Notes: generated by a model from the sequence alone, not told the origin. 63,841 nt of DNA from a virus (IMGVR_UViG_3300032088_000004:1-63841), one strand, 5' to 3'; shown: positions 1 to 6,927, numbered from the stretch's first letter. A program made the numbers and translations.

Positions 1-135
1 TGGACCGGTAGGAGGACCGTCGAACCACATAATATATACAACGTTGTCTCCACCAATGAGTGAGCCTTTGTTGACAGATAGCACAACACCCATATCACCA
101 TCGGCGCGCCAACGAACGAGGTCACCTTTTTTCAC
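1..135 (-). CDS. KOW/SH3-like cassette mini-protein (3' end truncated by window edge)
   Basis: Manual translation MKKGDLVRWRADGDMGVVLSVNKGSLIGGDNVVYIMWFDGPPTGP...; paralogue of 3200..3382. Confidence 0.85.
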   Translation of the reverse strand, partial: MKKGDLVRWRADGDMGVVLSVNKGSLIGGDNVVYIMWFDGPPTGP

Positions 136-283
136 TGACTAACTCCAGGGACACTTTGTGTGCGGAAATTACCACTCCATCCATCCTTATCACATCAAAA
201 AACCCGTTATCATTCAAAGTGCTAATGACCACACCGACAGTGCCAGGGTCGTACTTCAACTCAACTAAATCACCGACTTTCAC
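122..283 (-). CDS. KOW/SH3-like cassette mini-protein, 53 aa
   Basis: Manual translation MKVGDLVELKYDPGTVGVVISTLNDNGFFDVIRMDGVVISAHKVSLELVSEKR; related to 3527..3694. Confidence 0.85.
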   Translation of the reverse strand: MKVGDLVELKYDPGTVGVVISTLNDNGFFDVIRMDGVVISAHKVSLELVSEKR

Positions 284-425
284 TTAACACCTCAATCTGC
301 TTGTTGTCTTCATGTAAATCTTGTTTTGTACCACAGCTCCACAATATTGTATGCCTACCCCAACAGTGCCTTTTAATTACGATACCTACCCAATCCAAAT
401 AATAAACCAAGTCACCGACTTTCAC
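270..425 (-). CDS. KOW/SH3-like cassette mini-protein, 51 aa
   Basis: Manual translation MKVGDLVYYLDWVGIVIKRHCWGRHTILWSCGTKQDLHEDNKQIEVLSESR. Confidence 0.85.
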   Translation of the reverse strand: MKVGDLVYYLDWVGIVIKRHCWGRHTILWSCGTKQDLHEDNKQIEVLSESR

Positions 426-600
426 TCACTACCTCCAGTGCTTTATAGCTCCAAAGCCTTTTGCCTTGGGATGTCAGAACATGAACATCCGGGTTCAAGA
501 AAGGGCACTCATCATAACTCGGACAGTTGCCAGCATAGCCAATGCCTGTCACGATGCCTGTGTGTCCTTGTCCGTTTCTAACTAAATCACCGACTTTCAC
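412..600 (-). CDS. KOW/SH3-like cassette mini-protein, 62 aa
   Basis: ORF track; MKVGDLV...LEVVSESR; 57/62 aa identical to 2093..2281. Confidence 0.9.
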   Translation of the reverse strand: MKVGDLVRNGQGHTGIVTGIGYAGNCPSYDECPFLNPDVHVLTSQGKRLWSYKALEVVSESR

Positions 601-748
601 TGATTAACTCCACTTGATATTGCCAAAGGTGGTTTACCTCTCCACCTATTATCACACGGAGGTGACCATTCAATGAAATCTCTACTACAACACCAATGTG
701 TTTATGCTTGATAAAGCCGACACACCTAACCAAGTCACCGACTTTCAT
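587..748 (-). CDS. KOW/SH3-like cassette mini-protein, 53 aa
   Basis: Manual translation MKVGDLVRCVGFIKHKHIGVVVEISLNGHLRVIIGGEVNHLWQYQVELISESR; 42/53 aa identical to 1245..1406. Confidence 0.88.
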   Translation of the reverse strand: MKVGDLVRCVGFIKHKHIGVVVEISLNGHLRVIIGGEVNHLWQYQVELISESR

Positions 749-929
749 TGACTATTCTCAAGCTACTTTCCGAAGCAGTGCCAATTCCACCGTGTTGCCA
801 CAGTATTCTATACTCAGGGCTATCATATCTGTTGATAAGAAAGTCAACACTGAACCCAAGAATAATTCCAACAGGTTTCTTTTTTTCCTTTGCTGGCAGT
901 GCTATACAGACTAAATCACCGACTTTCAC
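735..929 (-). CDS. KOW/SH3-like cassette mini-protein, 64 aa
   Basis: ORF track 735..974; start moved to the GTG inside the repeat (929), downstream of GGAGG. Confidence 0.88.
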   Translation of the reverse strand: MKVGDLVCIALPAKEKKKPVGIILGFSVDFLINRYDSPEYRILWQHGGIGTASESSLRIVNESR

Positions 930-1116
930 TGATAACCTCCAAGTGGTCCGGTAATGCGGTTTCTTTGATGCCATTTTGCCATAAGACTATCACCCTATCA
1001 GGTACGAAACTGAGACGCACAAGGTCATTTGATACGACTAGTCCCAGTCGCCAATGAGGTGGGTATACGTCAGCAGCGAGTGGCAGATTGATTCTCACTA
1101 AATCACCGACTTTCAC
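916..1116 (-). CDS. KOW/SH3-like cassette mini-protein, 66 aa
   Basis: ORF track; MKVGDLV...LEVISESR. Confidence 0.9.
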   Translation of the reverse strand: MKVGDLVRINLPLAADVYPPHWRLGLVVSNDLVRLSFVPDRVIVLWQNGIKETALPDHLEVISESR

Positions 1117-1258
1117 TGATTACCTCCATATCATCTCTATGAACACGATATTCCCCATCAGGAAATAAAACATAAAACCCGAAAGGAACAACCTTAGTGA
1201 TAATACCAAGTGTTAACTGGGGTTGACTTACCTGTCTCACCAAGTCACCGACTTTCAC
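1103..1258 (-). CDS. KOW/SH3-like cassette mini-protein, 51 aa
   Basis: Manual translation MKVGDLVRQVSQPQLTLGIITKVVPFGFYVLFPDGEYRVHRDDMEVISESR. Confidence 0.87.
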   Translation of the reverse strand: MKVGDLVRQVSQPQLTLGIITKVVPFGFYVLFPDGEYRVHRDDMEVISESR

Positions 1259-1406
1259 TGATTACCTCCATTTGATATTGCCAAAGATGGTTTACCTCTC
1301 CGTCTATTAACACACGGAGGTGGCCATTCACTGAAATCTCCATTACAACACCAATGTTCTCGTGTTCGATAAAACCAATACATTTAACCAAATCACCGAC
1401 TTTCAT
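1245..1406 (-). CDS. KOW/SH3-like cassette mini-protein, 53 aa
   Basis: Manual translation MKVGDLVKCIGFIEHENIGVVMEISVNGHLRVLIDGEVNHLWQYQMEVISESR. Confidence 0.88.
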   Translation of the reverse strand: MKVGDLVKCIGFIEHENIGVVMEISVNGHLRVLIDGEVNHLWQYQMEVISESR

Positions 1407-1551
1407 TTTTTAGCCTCACACTTTGACATGGTATTGGTGTAGCCTCATCATGCCACATAACCATCACATCACATCCAAAACTGCCGAAGGCACCGACTTC
1501 AACAATAATGCCCACTGAACCACGAAAAGATACCAAATCACCGACTTTCAC
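1393..1551 (-). CDS. KOW/SH3-like cassette mini-protein, 52 aa
   Basis: Manual translation MKVGDLVSFRGSVGIIVEVGAFGSFGCDVMVMWHDEATPIPCQSVRLKNESR. Confidence 0.85.
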   Translation of the reverse strand: MKVGDLVSFRGSVGIIVEVGAFGSFGCDVMVMWHDEATPIPCQSVRLKNESR

Positions 1552-1744
1552 TTATCACCTCAAATTCACCAGGTCGTTCGCGGCGGATGGGGCGGTCTGG
1601 ATACAACACCATGAGCCAGTAACCGTGAAACGCAGGGTTTGGCCCGAGGGGATCAACGTGCTTGCCGGTTACGATTGCAACTGTCCCTACTTGGTGTGGT
1701 TCAATCTTGCCCCAACGCTTCTTAACTAAATCACCGACTTTCAT
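1538..1744 (-). CDS. KOW/SH3-like cassette mini-protein, 68 aa
   Basis: ORF track; MKVGDLV...FEVISESR. Confidence 0.9.
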   Translation of the reverse strand: MKVGDLVKKRWGKIEPHQVGTVAIVTGKHVDPLGPNPAFHGYWLMVLYPDRPIRRERPGEFEVISESR

Positions 1745-1922
1745 TTATAACCTCTAGAAATTGTTGCCGGATTGGTCTCACCCATTCGCAATCAAACCAA
1801 TAAACATTCTGCATCAAAAGCCCGTCCTTGCCAGGATAATCATAATCTGAAACAATAATACCTGTCTTTTTAGGATCTAACTTGCCATGATACTTCCACA
1901 TCACTAAATCACCGACTTTCAC
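1731..1922 (-). CDS. KOW/SH3-like cassette mini-protein, 63 aa
   Basis: ORF track; MKVGDLV...LEVINESR. Confidence 0.9.
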   Translation of the reverse strand: MKVGDLVMWKYHGKLDPKKTGIIVSDYDYPGKDGLLMQNVYWFDCEWVRPIRQQFLEVINESR

Positions 1923-2106
1923 TGATGACCTCCGCTTCCGTTTCCCACAGTGGACCTGTCAAAGTGGGCAATGTTGGAGAGTATGTGCCCCACAAGACCT
2001 TGAACAATCTCCTGCGAGATGAGTACGGTGGGCGAGGAACCTCTGCCAAGACAATGCCAGCTCTTTCCATCCCCCAATTCTCTTTTACCAAGTCACCGAC
2101 TTTCAC
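1909..2106 (-). CDS. KOW/SH3-like cassette mini-protein, 65 aa
   Basis: ORF track; MKVGDLV...AEVISESR. Confidence 0.9.
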   Translation of the reverse strand: MKVGDLVKENWGMERAGIVLAEVPRPPYSSRRRLFKVLWGTYSPTLPTLTGPLWETEAEVISESR

Positions 2107-2281
2107 TGATCACTTCCAGCGCCTTGTAATTCCACAACCTTTTACCGTGTGCTGTGACGACGTGAACGTCTGGATTTAAGAAAGGACACTCATCATAACT
2201 CGGACAGTTGCCAGCATAGCCAATGCCTGTCACGATGCCTGTGTGCCCTTGTCCGTTCCTAACTAAATCACCGACTTTCAT
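2093..2281 (-). CDS. KOW/SH3-like cassette mini-protein, 62 aa (first gene after the internal promoter)
   Basis: ORF track; near-duplicate of 412..600; has its own GGAG RBS. Confidence 0.9.
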   Translation of the reverse strand: MKVGDLVRNGQGHTGIVTGIGYAGNCPSYDECPFLNPDVHVVTAHGKRLWNYKALEVISESR

Positions 2282-2308
2282 TTGAGTTCTCCATTTCTCT
2301 ATATTATA

Positions 2309-2337
2309 AGTATAACAGGTAAACCACTGAAAGTCAA
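2309..2337 (-). promoter_or_regulatory. Sigma70-type promoter inside the cassette array
   Basis: TTGACT (2337-2332), 17 bp, TATACT (2314-2309) with extended -10 TG. Confidence 0.8.
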
Positions 2338-2519
2338 GGCTTTTTTTCGCTGAGTAGCTTTAAATCGTAGTCCCAGATGTTGTCTCCAACCTTACCGTTT
2401 TGCCACAATACCTTGAACACTTTATTTAGAGCGGTTGAGTGTGGCACTGAGGCAACAACTATCCCAACCCAGCGTGGGCCGGTTGGGTGGTTGTCTTTCA
2501 CTAGGTCACCGACTTTCAT
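2334..2519 (-). CDS. KOW/SH3-like cassette mini-protein, 61 aa
   Basis: ORF track; C-terminus changed to LLSEKKP where the promoter module interrupts the repeat. Confidence 0.9.
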   Translation of the reverse strand: MKVGDLVKDNHPTGPRWVGIVVASVPHSTALNKVFKVLWQNGKVGDNIWDYDLKLLSEKKP

Positions 2520-2706
2520 TGAGAAGCCTCGCGCTTTGCTCTATCTGCCTGCCTAGTGCAATGTACCTGCCATCTGTCATAACGAGCCAGTCATACTCAT
2601 AAGAATCATTCCTTGGCAACTTCTTAACTAAAATAGCAACATAACTTTTCAAGTCAAAATGGTTGCCTACACCGCGAGATAACCTCACCAAATCACCGAC
2701 TTTCAC
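2506..2706 (-). CDS. KOW/SH3-like cassette mini-protein, 66 aa
   Basis: ORF track; MKVGDLV...LLNESR. Confidence 0.9.
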   Translation of the reverse strand: MKVGDLVRLSRGVGNHFDLKSYVAILVKKLPRNDSYEYDWLVMTDGRYIALGRQIEQSARLLNESR

Positions 2707-2887
2707 TGATTACCTCCAACTTAGAGACCACTTCTAGCATCGGCTGACCTAGAAAATGCCCTGACCCTAGATGCTCTTTTGACCAAAGCACATAACAGTG
2801 TGCGGAACCTACCAACGACGTGGAGGTGACAATGCCAGTACCTAACGCCTCAATAGATTGATGCCTCACCAAGTCACCGACCTTCAC
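2693..2887 (-). CDS. KOW/SH3-like cassette mini-protein, 64 aa
   Basis: ORF track; MKVGDLV...LEVISESR. Confidence 0.9.
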   Translation of the reverse strand: MKVGDLVRHQSIEALGTGIVTSTSLVGSAHCYVLWSKEHLGSGHFLGQPMLEVVSKLEVISESR

Positions 2888-3041
2888 TGACTAACTCCAA
2901 CAAATTTTTGTCCATATTGTATTGAGTGTTGGTGTCAAAGAAGAGGACCATACACCTGTCGCTCTTCAGGTCATGAGTTATAATACCAAAACGCGGGGAA
3001 GACCAGCGCGGTGTTTGTTTCACCAAATCACCGACTTTCAC
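2874..3041 (-). CDS. KOW/SH3-like cassette mini-protein, 55 aa
   Basis: ORF track 2874..3113; start moved to the repeat GTG at 3041. Confidence 0.88.
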   Translation of the reverse strand: MKVGDLVKQTPRWSSPRFGIITHDLKSDRCMVLFFDTNTQYNMDKNLLELVSEGR

Positions 3042-3213
3042 TGACAACCTCCATTGCTTGAGCGCTCCAGATTCTCTTGCCCTGAGGGGTCGCGACAACC
3101 ATAAAGGGACCACAAAGGTTGAGGTCGTAAATACTCTGGCTGTCGGTATAATCGAGACCCACCACTATACCAGTATCTCCGCGCTGATTTCTCACTAGAT
3201 CACCGACCTTCAC
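3028..3213 (-). CDS. KOW/SH3-like cassette mini-protein, 61 aa
   Basis: ORF track 3028..3234; start moved to the repeat GTG at 3213; diverged relative of 412..600 (VRN.RG.TGIV...QGKRIWS..A.EVVSESR). Confidence 0.88.
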   Translation of the reverse strand: MKVGDLVRNQRGDTGIVVGLDYTDSQSIYDLNLCGPFMVVATPQGKRIWSAQAMEVVSESR

Positions 3214-3382
3214 TAACCAACTCCAATTCATCATGATCGTTTTCTATCGGTCCGGTGGTGTTACCATCAAACCAAAGCACATAAACGATAGAACTTCCAG
3301 TAATCTTGCTGACGATTCGCGTCTGTAGAACAATGCCCATTCCATCATCGGCGCGCCATCGCACTAGGTCACCTGCCTTCAT
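3200..3382 (-). CDS. KOW/SH3-like cassette mini-protein, 60 aa
   Basis: ORF track; MKAGDLVRWRAD...LELVSEGR. Confidence 0.9.
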   Translation of the reverse strand: MKAGDLVRWRADDGMGIVLQTRIVSKITGSSIVYVLWFDGNTTGPIENDHDELELVSEGR

Positions 3383-3546
3383 GGCACGATCTTTCTCATT
3401 AAATCGTCAGACCAATGCTCTCTCTTGCCTGTGTGTTGGTCCACAAGAATGTGCCAATACTTAGTCACTTCAACAATAATTCCGTAACCCATTACCTCAC
3501 CTGAAGCGGCGCGGTATTGGACATAATCACCCACGTCTATGTTCAC
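3379..3546 (-). CDS. Divergent KOW/SH3-like mini-protein, 55 aa
   Basis: Manual translation MNIDVGDYVQYRAASGEVMGYGIIVEVTKYWHILVDQHTGKREHWSDDLMRKIVP; GGAGG RBS; ATGA overlap with the next gene. Confidence 0.8.
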   Translation of the reverse strand: MNIDVGDYVQYRAASGEVMGYGIIVEVTKYWHILVDQHTGKREHWSDDLMRKIVP

Positions 3547-3694
3547 TGATAACCTCCACTGACCGTTCGTGAGTAAAAACGATTACTCCGTCAGATCTCA
3601 AGACATCAAGATAACCGTTGCCTGTGAGTAGACTCGCGATCACACCTATCAAACTGTGATTACGCCTGTGCCTCACCAAATCACCTATCTTCAT
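3527..3694 (-). CDS. KOW/SH3-like mini-protein, 55 aa (first unit of the array)
   Basis: ORF track 3527..3757; start moved to MKIGDLV at 3694. Confidence 0.82.
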   Translation of the reverse strand: MKIGDLVRHRRNHSLIGVIASLLTGNGYLDVLRSDGVIVFTHERSVEVISEHRRG

Positions 3695-3848
3695 TTCTTC
3701 CATAAAGTTCATCCAATTTCTTTTTTTGGTCAACGCGGCGAATAACTTCTCTGACAAAATCTTCCTTCTGGCTTTGAAGGATTGCAGCCTTGATTCTGTT
3801 CCGCAAAAACAGAATCGCGAGAATTAAAAAGATAAATCCAAATTCCAT
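3681..3848 (-). CDS. Small protein with N-terminal transmembrane helix, 55 aa
   Basis: Manual translation MEFGFIFLILAILFLRNRIKAAILQSQKEDFVREVIRRVDQKKKLDELYGRNEDR; same 14-nt overlap as the cassettes; directly after a promoter. Confidence 0.65.
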   Translation of the reverse strand: MEFGFIFLILAILFLRNRIKAAILQSQKEDFVREVIRRVDQKKKLDELYGRNEDR

Positions 3849-3854
3849 AATACT

Positions 3855-3883
3855 ATTCTACCTTATTATCTTAGTAATGTCAA
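3855..3883 (-). promoter_or_regulatory. Sigma70-type promoter heading the cassette array
   Basis: TTGACA, 17 bp, TAGAAT. Confidence 0.75.
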
Positions 3884-4061
3884 TAACTTTTTCTTGTGAT
3901 TTTGGCACTTCTTCTATCTCTTGACAGTGGTACCATCCTGATTTGGTGGAGTCTCTGAATCGTAGCTCCACTAGCCAACGGGCGATGGAGACGCAGATAC
4001 ACTTTTCTTTGTGGCGGGTTGACCAGTAGGTCTTATTGCATTTTACTTGCTTTGATTTCAC
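3858..4061 (-). CDS. Hypothetical protein
   Basis: 67-aa ORF tiling with its neighbours. Confidence 0.55.
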   Translation of the reverse strand: MKSKQVKCNKTYWSTRHKEKCICVSIARWLVELRFRDSTKSGWYHCQEIEEVPKSQEKVIDITKIIR

Positions 4062-4068
4062 GTAATAA

Positions 4069-4317
4069 TTAGTATGTGTATTCTAAAGTTTTGACGTGCT
4101 CTATGAACTTTCTATACTTGCTAGGGATGTATCCTGGCTTGTTTACCATTTCAAATTGTTCTTCTTTTAGCTCGGCCCACTCGCCGTTGCAAGGGAACCA
4201 AACAAGGTACTTGTCGTTTGCTTCACTAAACTTAATGAAGCAGCCTTCTTCTCCGTTGATGTTCTTCTCGAATAAATCATAATCGTCAATGCAACGTACT
4301 GCTTCACCCCTTTTCAT
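4069..4317 (-). CDS. Hypothetical protein, divergent KOW/SH3-like
   Basis: MKRGEAVRC...YLVWF pattern resembles the array proteins. Confidence 0.7.
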   Translation of the reverse strand: MKRGEAVRCIDDYDLFEKNINGEEGCFIKFSEANDKYLVWFPCNGEWAELKEEQFEMVNKPGYIPSKYRKFIEHVKTLEYTY

Positions 4318-4595
4318 CAGGGCTCCTTACGAATAAGCTGGTTTCTTCTGAGAGAGTCAGTAATGACTTGAGCCATTGAGAGTCTGTCGTTTTCGTCGTC
4401 ACAACAATATTGTTCATTATTCTCTAGGGCCTCTCTAATTGCAACGAAAGTTTTCTCGTATGAGTCGACAGCTTCCGCTATTGTTTTGGTGTTCAGATTG
4501 TCTGTTTCATGGAACTCAGATGTTCGATACTCTTCCTCAATTATCGTTTTCAAATGTCTCCCATTCCTTATTTTTGTCACGTTGTCCAAAGACAC
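4317..4595 (-). CDS. Hypothetical protein
   Basis: 92-aa ORF whose stop overlaps the start of the next gene. Confidence 0.65.
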   Translation of the reverse strand: MSLDNVTKIRNGRHLKTIIEEEYRTSEFHETDNLNTKTIAEAVDSYEKTFVAIREALENNEQYCCDDENDRLSMAQVITDSLRRNQLIRKEP

Positions 4596-4782
4596 AATTA
4601 TCTTCCTTTCTTAGCTCAAATGATTTGAGTCTTCTTATCTTACCTTTTCCGTATCCATTTGTCAATAAAACATTAAACAAACTTTCACCAACAAAACCAA
4701 CGATAACTCCTCGTATCTTTGTGGCGTGTCCTAATGGCCTATCAAGTAAAATGACTCGGTCTCCCTTCTCAAAGTCGTCCAT
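4537..4782 (-). CDS. Hypothetical KOW/SH3-like protein
   Basis: FEKGDRVIL...RGVIVG...FNVLL pattern. Confidence 0.65.
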   Translation of the reverse strand: MDDFEKGDRVILLDRPLGHATKIRGVIVGFVGESLFNVLLTNGYGKGKIRRLKSFELRKEDNCVFGQRDKNKEWETFENDN

Positions 4783-4801
4783 ACTTTAAATAGGGTGCTG
4801 A

Positions 4802-5353
4802 TTAACTTTCTAACATAAGCGAGTGTTTGTAACACACAGGCTGATACGATTCTGCGCCGCCCACTAACACTTCTTTGTCTTCCTTGCACAACCTCTCAGT
4901 ATAGTAGGCATCCCTGCTGCACTTGTAGCACACAGCAGGGCAAACCTCTATACTTGTTGCCCACGGCATTAGCTCTTTTACTTCTTCAAACGCAGTGTAT
5001 CCTGTAGGTTGAGAAGATAGCTGTAGGGTGGACGCTAATATTGTTTTACCTTTTTTGAAGAGAGTGAGCAACGCTTGGGCAGACCCAGGGATCATGAACA
5101 TCTCGTCAACGGCTACAACGTCGACGTTGCGAGCCTTTTTAAGAATCTCCGAACCCGTGGACACTAAGACTGAGTTATGAGTCTGTCCCTTATGCGTTAC
5201 CACCTTACCATCAGAATATCTCTTGTCTATGTTCGGTTTGAACAGAATTGTTTTCCTGTTCTGATAAGAAAAGCGCTCAAGAGCTGCTAACATCTTGGTC
5301 GTCTTACCTCCGAACATTGGTCCTGTAAAGATTTTTACTTCTGGTCTTTTCAT
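4802..5353 (-). CDS. tdk: Thymidine kinase
   Basis: GPMFGGKTT P-loop, VAVDE Walker B, CxxC, VGGAESYQPVC; start moved to MKRPEV. Confidence 0.95.
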   Translation of the reverse strand: MKRPEVKIFTGPMFGGKTTKMLAALERFSYQNRKTILFKPNIDKRYSDGKVVTHKGQTHNSVLVSTGSEILKKARNVDVVAVDEMFMIPGSAQALLTLFKKGKTILASTLQLSSQPTGYTAFEEVKELMPWATSIEVCPAVCYKCSRDAYYTERLCKEDKEVLVGGAESYQPVCYKHSLMLES

Positions 5354-5354
5354 T

Positions 5355-5843
5355 TTAGATTGTCGTCGTGAACTCGCCACCTTCGATTGGAATAGAAACT
5401 CCCCAACCAGAAGCAGCGTCAATGTTTTCCTTTAAGTTTGCGACTGTAGTCGTAAATTCAGCAGACACAGTACAGCAACCTCTCTTGTGGTCGTACTGTT
5501 CTGTTGAAAACTCTACAAATTCATCCAAGTCGTGCGGATTCTCCCTGATTGTTTCCGCGATGAACTGTTGGAATGCAAATTCGCCGCGGCCATAGTCCTC
5601 CAAAAAATCAGCATCCCTCATCGCTTCGAGGGCGTTTGTATCCCCGAACGACGTCCTCACTGCGAGTTGAGTGTCGGTGATTAAATCCGCGACCCTGTCT
5701 GCCGTGTCTGTCTCTCGGACTGCGTTCTCCTCTAAGTCTCCGGTCGAATGCCAGCCCTCATGCTTGTCTTCGTATGTCAGTGTGACGATTGTCTCGTCGG
5801 TTACATCAAGATTGTTGATGGTGTCAATAATTGTTACAGTCAT
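5355..5843 (-). CDS. Hypothetical acidic protein
   Basis: 162-aa ORF with AGGAG RBS and its own promoter. Confidence 0.8.
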   Translation of the reverse strand: MTVTIIDTINNLDVTDETIVTLTYEDKHEGWHSTGDLEENAVRETDTADRVADLITDTQLAVRTSFGDTNALEAMRDADFLEDYGRGEFAFQQFIAETIRENPHDLDEFVEFSTEQYDHKRGCCTVSAEFTTTVANLKENIDAASGWGVSIPIEGGEFTTTI

Positions 5844-5888
5844 TTTTTCTCCTTTATTTGTGTTTGTGATAACTGCTTATCTTTAATG

Positions 5889-5917
5889 ATTATAGCACTT
5901 TGCTATAATTTTGTCAA
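5889..5917 (-). promoter_or_regulatory. Sigma70 consensus promoter
   Basis: TTGACA, 17 bp, TATAAT with extended -10 TG. Confidence 0.85.
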
Positions 5918-5931
5918 TACTTATCTATTCT

Positions 5932-6861
5932 TTATTTTACTTTGCGTAGCTTCAAGAGCGCCAACTCTTTTTTCTTGCATTCTAGCATGATGTCGTGCAT
6001 CTGTCCATGATTGTCTACTGGTCTTTTGATAAAATCTGAATGAGCTTGTTTGCGAATTTTTGGGTCGCCGTATTCAAGAGCTTTCGACTCCGAGACGTGA
6101 ACAACGGGAGTGATCCAGGGTGGCCAGGTTTTGGCGGCGAGTTTGACTGCTTCTCCTTCTGTGAGTCCTCCGGTGCAGAATCTATGGTGATGGTAATCGA
6201 AAACAATCGGGATTCCAGTTTTGTGATGAATTTTTTCATATATCTCCTTTGTGCTCCACATTGAAGCTTTGTCATCATTCTCTAGTGTAAATCTCTTCCT
6301 GCAGTTTGTATCAAGGCCGTCGGGATTATTGAAGTTTTCAATGAATCTGGCTGCCGTCTTGTCCTTGTCTCCGTACGTGCCACCGACATGGATGTTGATC
6401 TTGTTGTAATGGCTCGGTTCGAAGCCCATCATGTCAAAGATACGAGAGTGCATGTTCAAGTCTTTGTAAGCCTTCTCTACGACGTGTTTGTGGGGTGAGC
6501 CTAGGCAATTGTAGGGCCCAGGGTGAAACGTCAGTCTGTGGCCATTTCTCGTGGCGTATTCTCCAATCAGCTTGAGGCGCCTTCTAACCTCCCTGATGTC
6601 CGGAAGTGAACTGTACTCGTACTCTGAGGCCCATGGAAAAATGTCAGAGGACATGCGATAGAACTTGATGTCGTTTTGCTCATTCCACTTCAGTATTTTA
6701 AGCAAGTCCATGATGTTGTCAAGGGCAAGTTCTGATGCGTACTTGATGCCTTTAGCTTTGAATGTTCTTTTAATCATAGAACGGTTAGTCATGATGCGCT
6801 TGGACTTAGGCACATCGGATAATGTCATGTTGATACAGGCATAGCCGTAGTTCTGCTTCAC
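5932..6861 (-). CDS. uvsE: UV-damage endonuclease
   Basis: GYACIN, FYRMSSDIFP, RLTFHPG, INIHVGG, LENDD, FDYHHH, AHSD, ECKKKE motifs. Confidence 0.95.
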   Translation of the reverse strand: MKQNYGYACINMTLSDVPKSKRIMTNRSMIKRTFKAKGIKYASELALDNIMDLLKILKWNEQNDIKFYRMSSDIFPWASEYEYSSLPDIREVRRRLKLIGEYATRNGHRLTFHPGPYNCLGSPHKHVVEKAYKDLNMHSRIFDMMGFEPSHYNKINIHVGGTYGDKDKTAARFIENFNNPDGLDTNCRKRFTLENDDKASMWSTKEIYEKIHHKTGIPIVFDYHHHRFCTGGLTEGEAVKLAAKTWPPWITPVVHVSESKALEYGDPKIRKQAHSDFIKRPVDNHGQMHDIMLECKKKELALLKLRKVK

Positions 6862-6893
6862 AGGGGTTTCCTTGATGTTGTGATTGTTTATAA

Positions 6894-6922
6894 ATTATAG
6901 CTTAGATTGATGGAAAAGTCAA
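6894..6922 (-). promoter_or_regulatory. Sigma70-type promoter
   Basis: TTGACT, 17 bp, TATAAT. Confidence 0.8.
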
Positions 6923-6927
6923 GAGTT

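Larger units (their letters stand above)
119..3700 (-). repeat. Array of ~33-bp junction repeats (consensus TGGAGGTWRTCAGTGAAAGTCGGTGAYTTRGT) separating mini-gene cassettes
   Basis: Exact GAAAGTCGGTGA core at starts 283, 425, 600, 748, 929, 1116, 1258, 1406, 1551, 1744, 1922, 2106, 2281, 2519, 2706, 3041; one mismatch at 2887 and 3213; degenerate at 135, 3382, 3546, 3694. Spacing is mostly 142-193 bp. Confidence 0.97.

Noticed and set aside
412-2281. Assembly artefact as the source of duplicated cassettes
   Set aside because: The copies differ by many synonymous and conservative substitutions while keeping frame, as expected for real paralogues. Read-level confirmation is still desirable.
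735-3234. Longer N-termini given for 735..974, 2874..3113 and 3028..3234
   Set aside because: They overlap the upstream cassette in another frame; the repeat GTG with a GGAG(G) RBS is the consistent start.
119-3700. CRISPR array
   Set aside because: Inter-repeat segments are about 110-160 bp, variable in length and all open reading frames; repeat edges are degenerate; no cas genes are in the window.
119-3700. Classical integron or diversity-generating retroelement
   Set aside because: No attC-like long palindromes, integrase or reverse transcriptase in the window; differences between duplicated cassettes are scattered and not obviously adenine-specific. An enzyme outside the window cannot be excluded.
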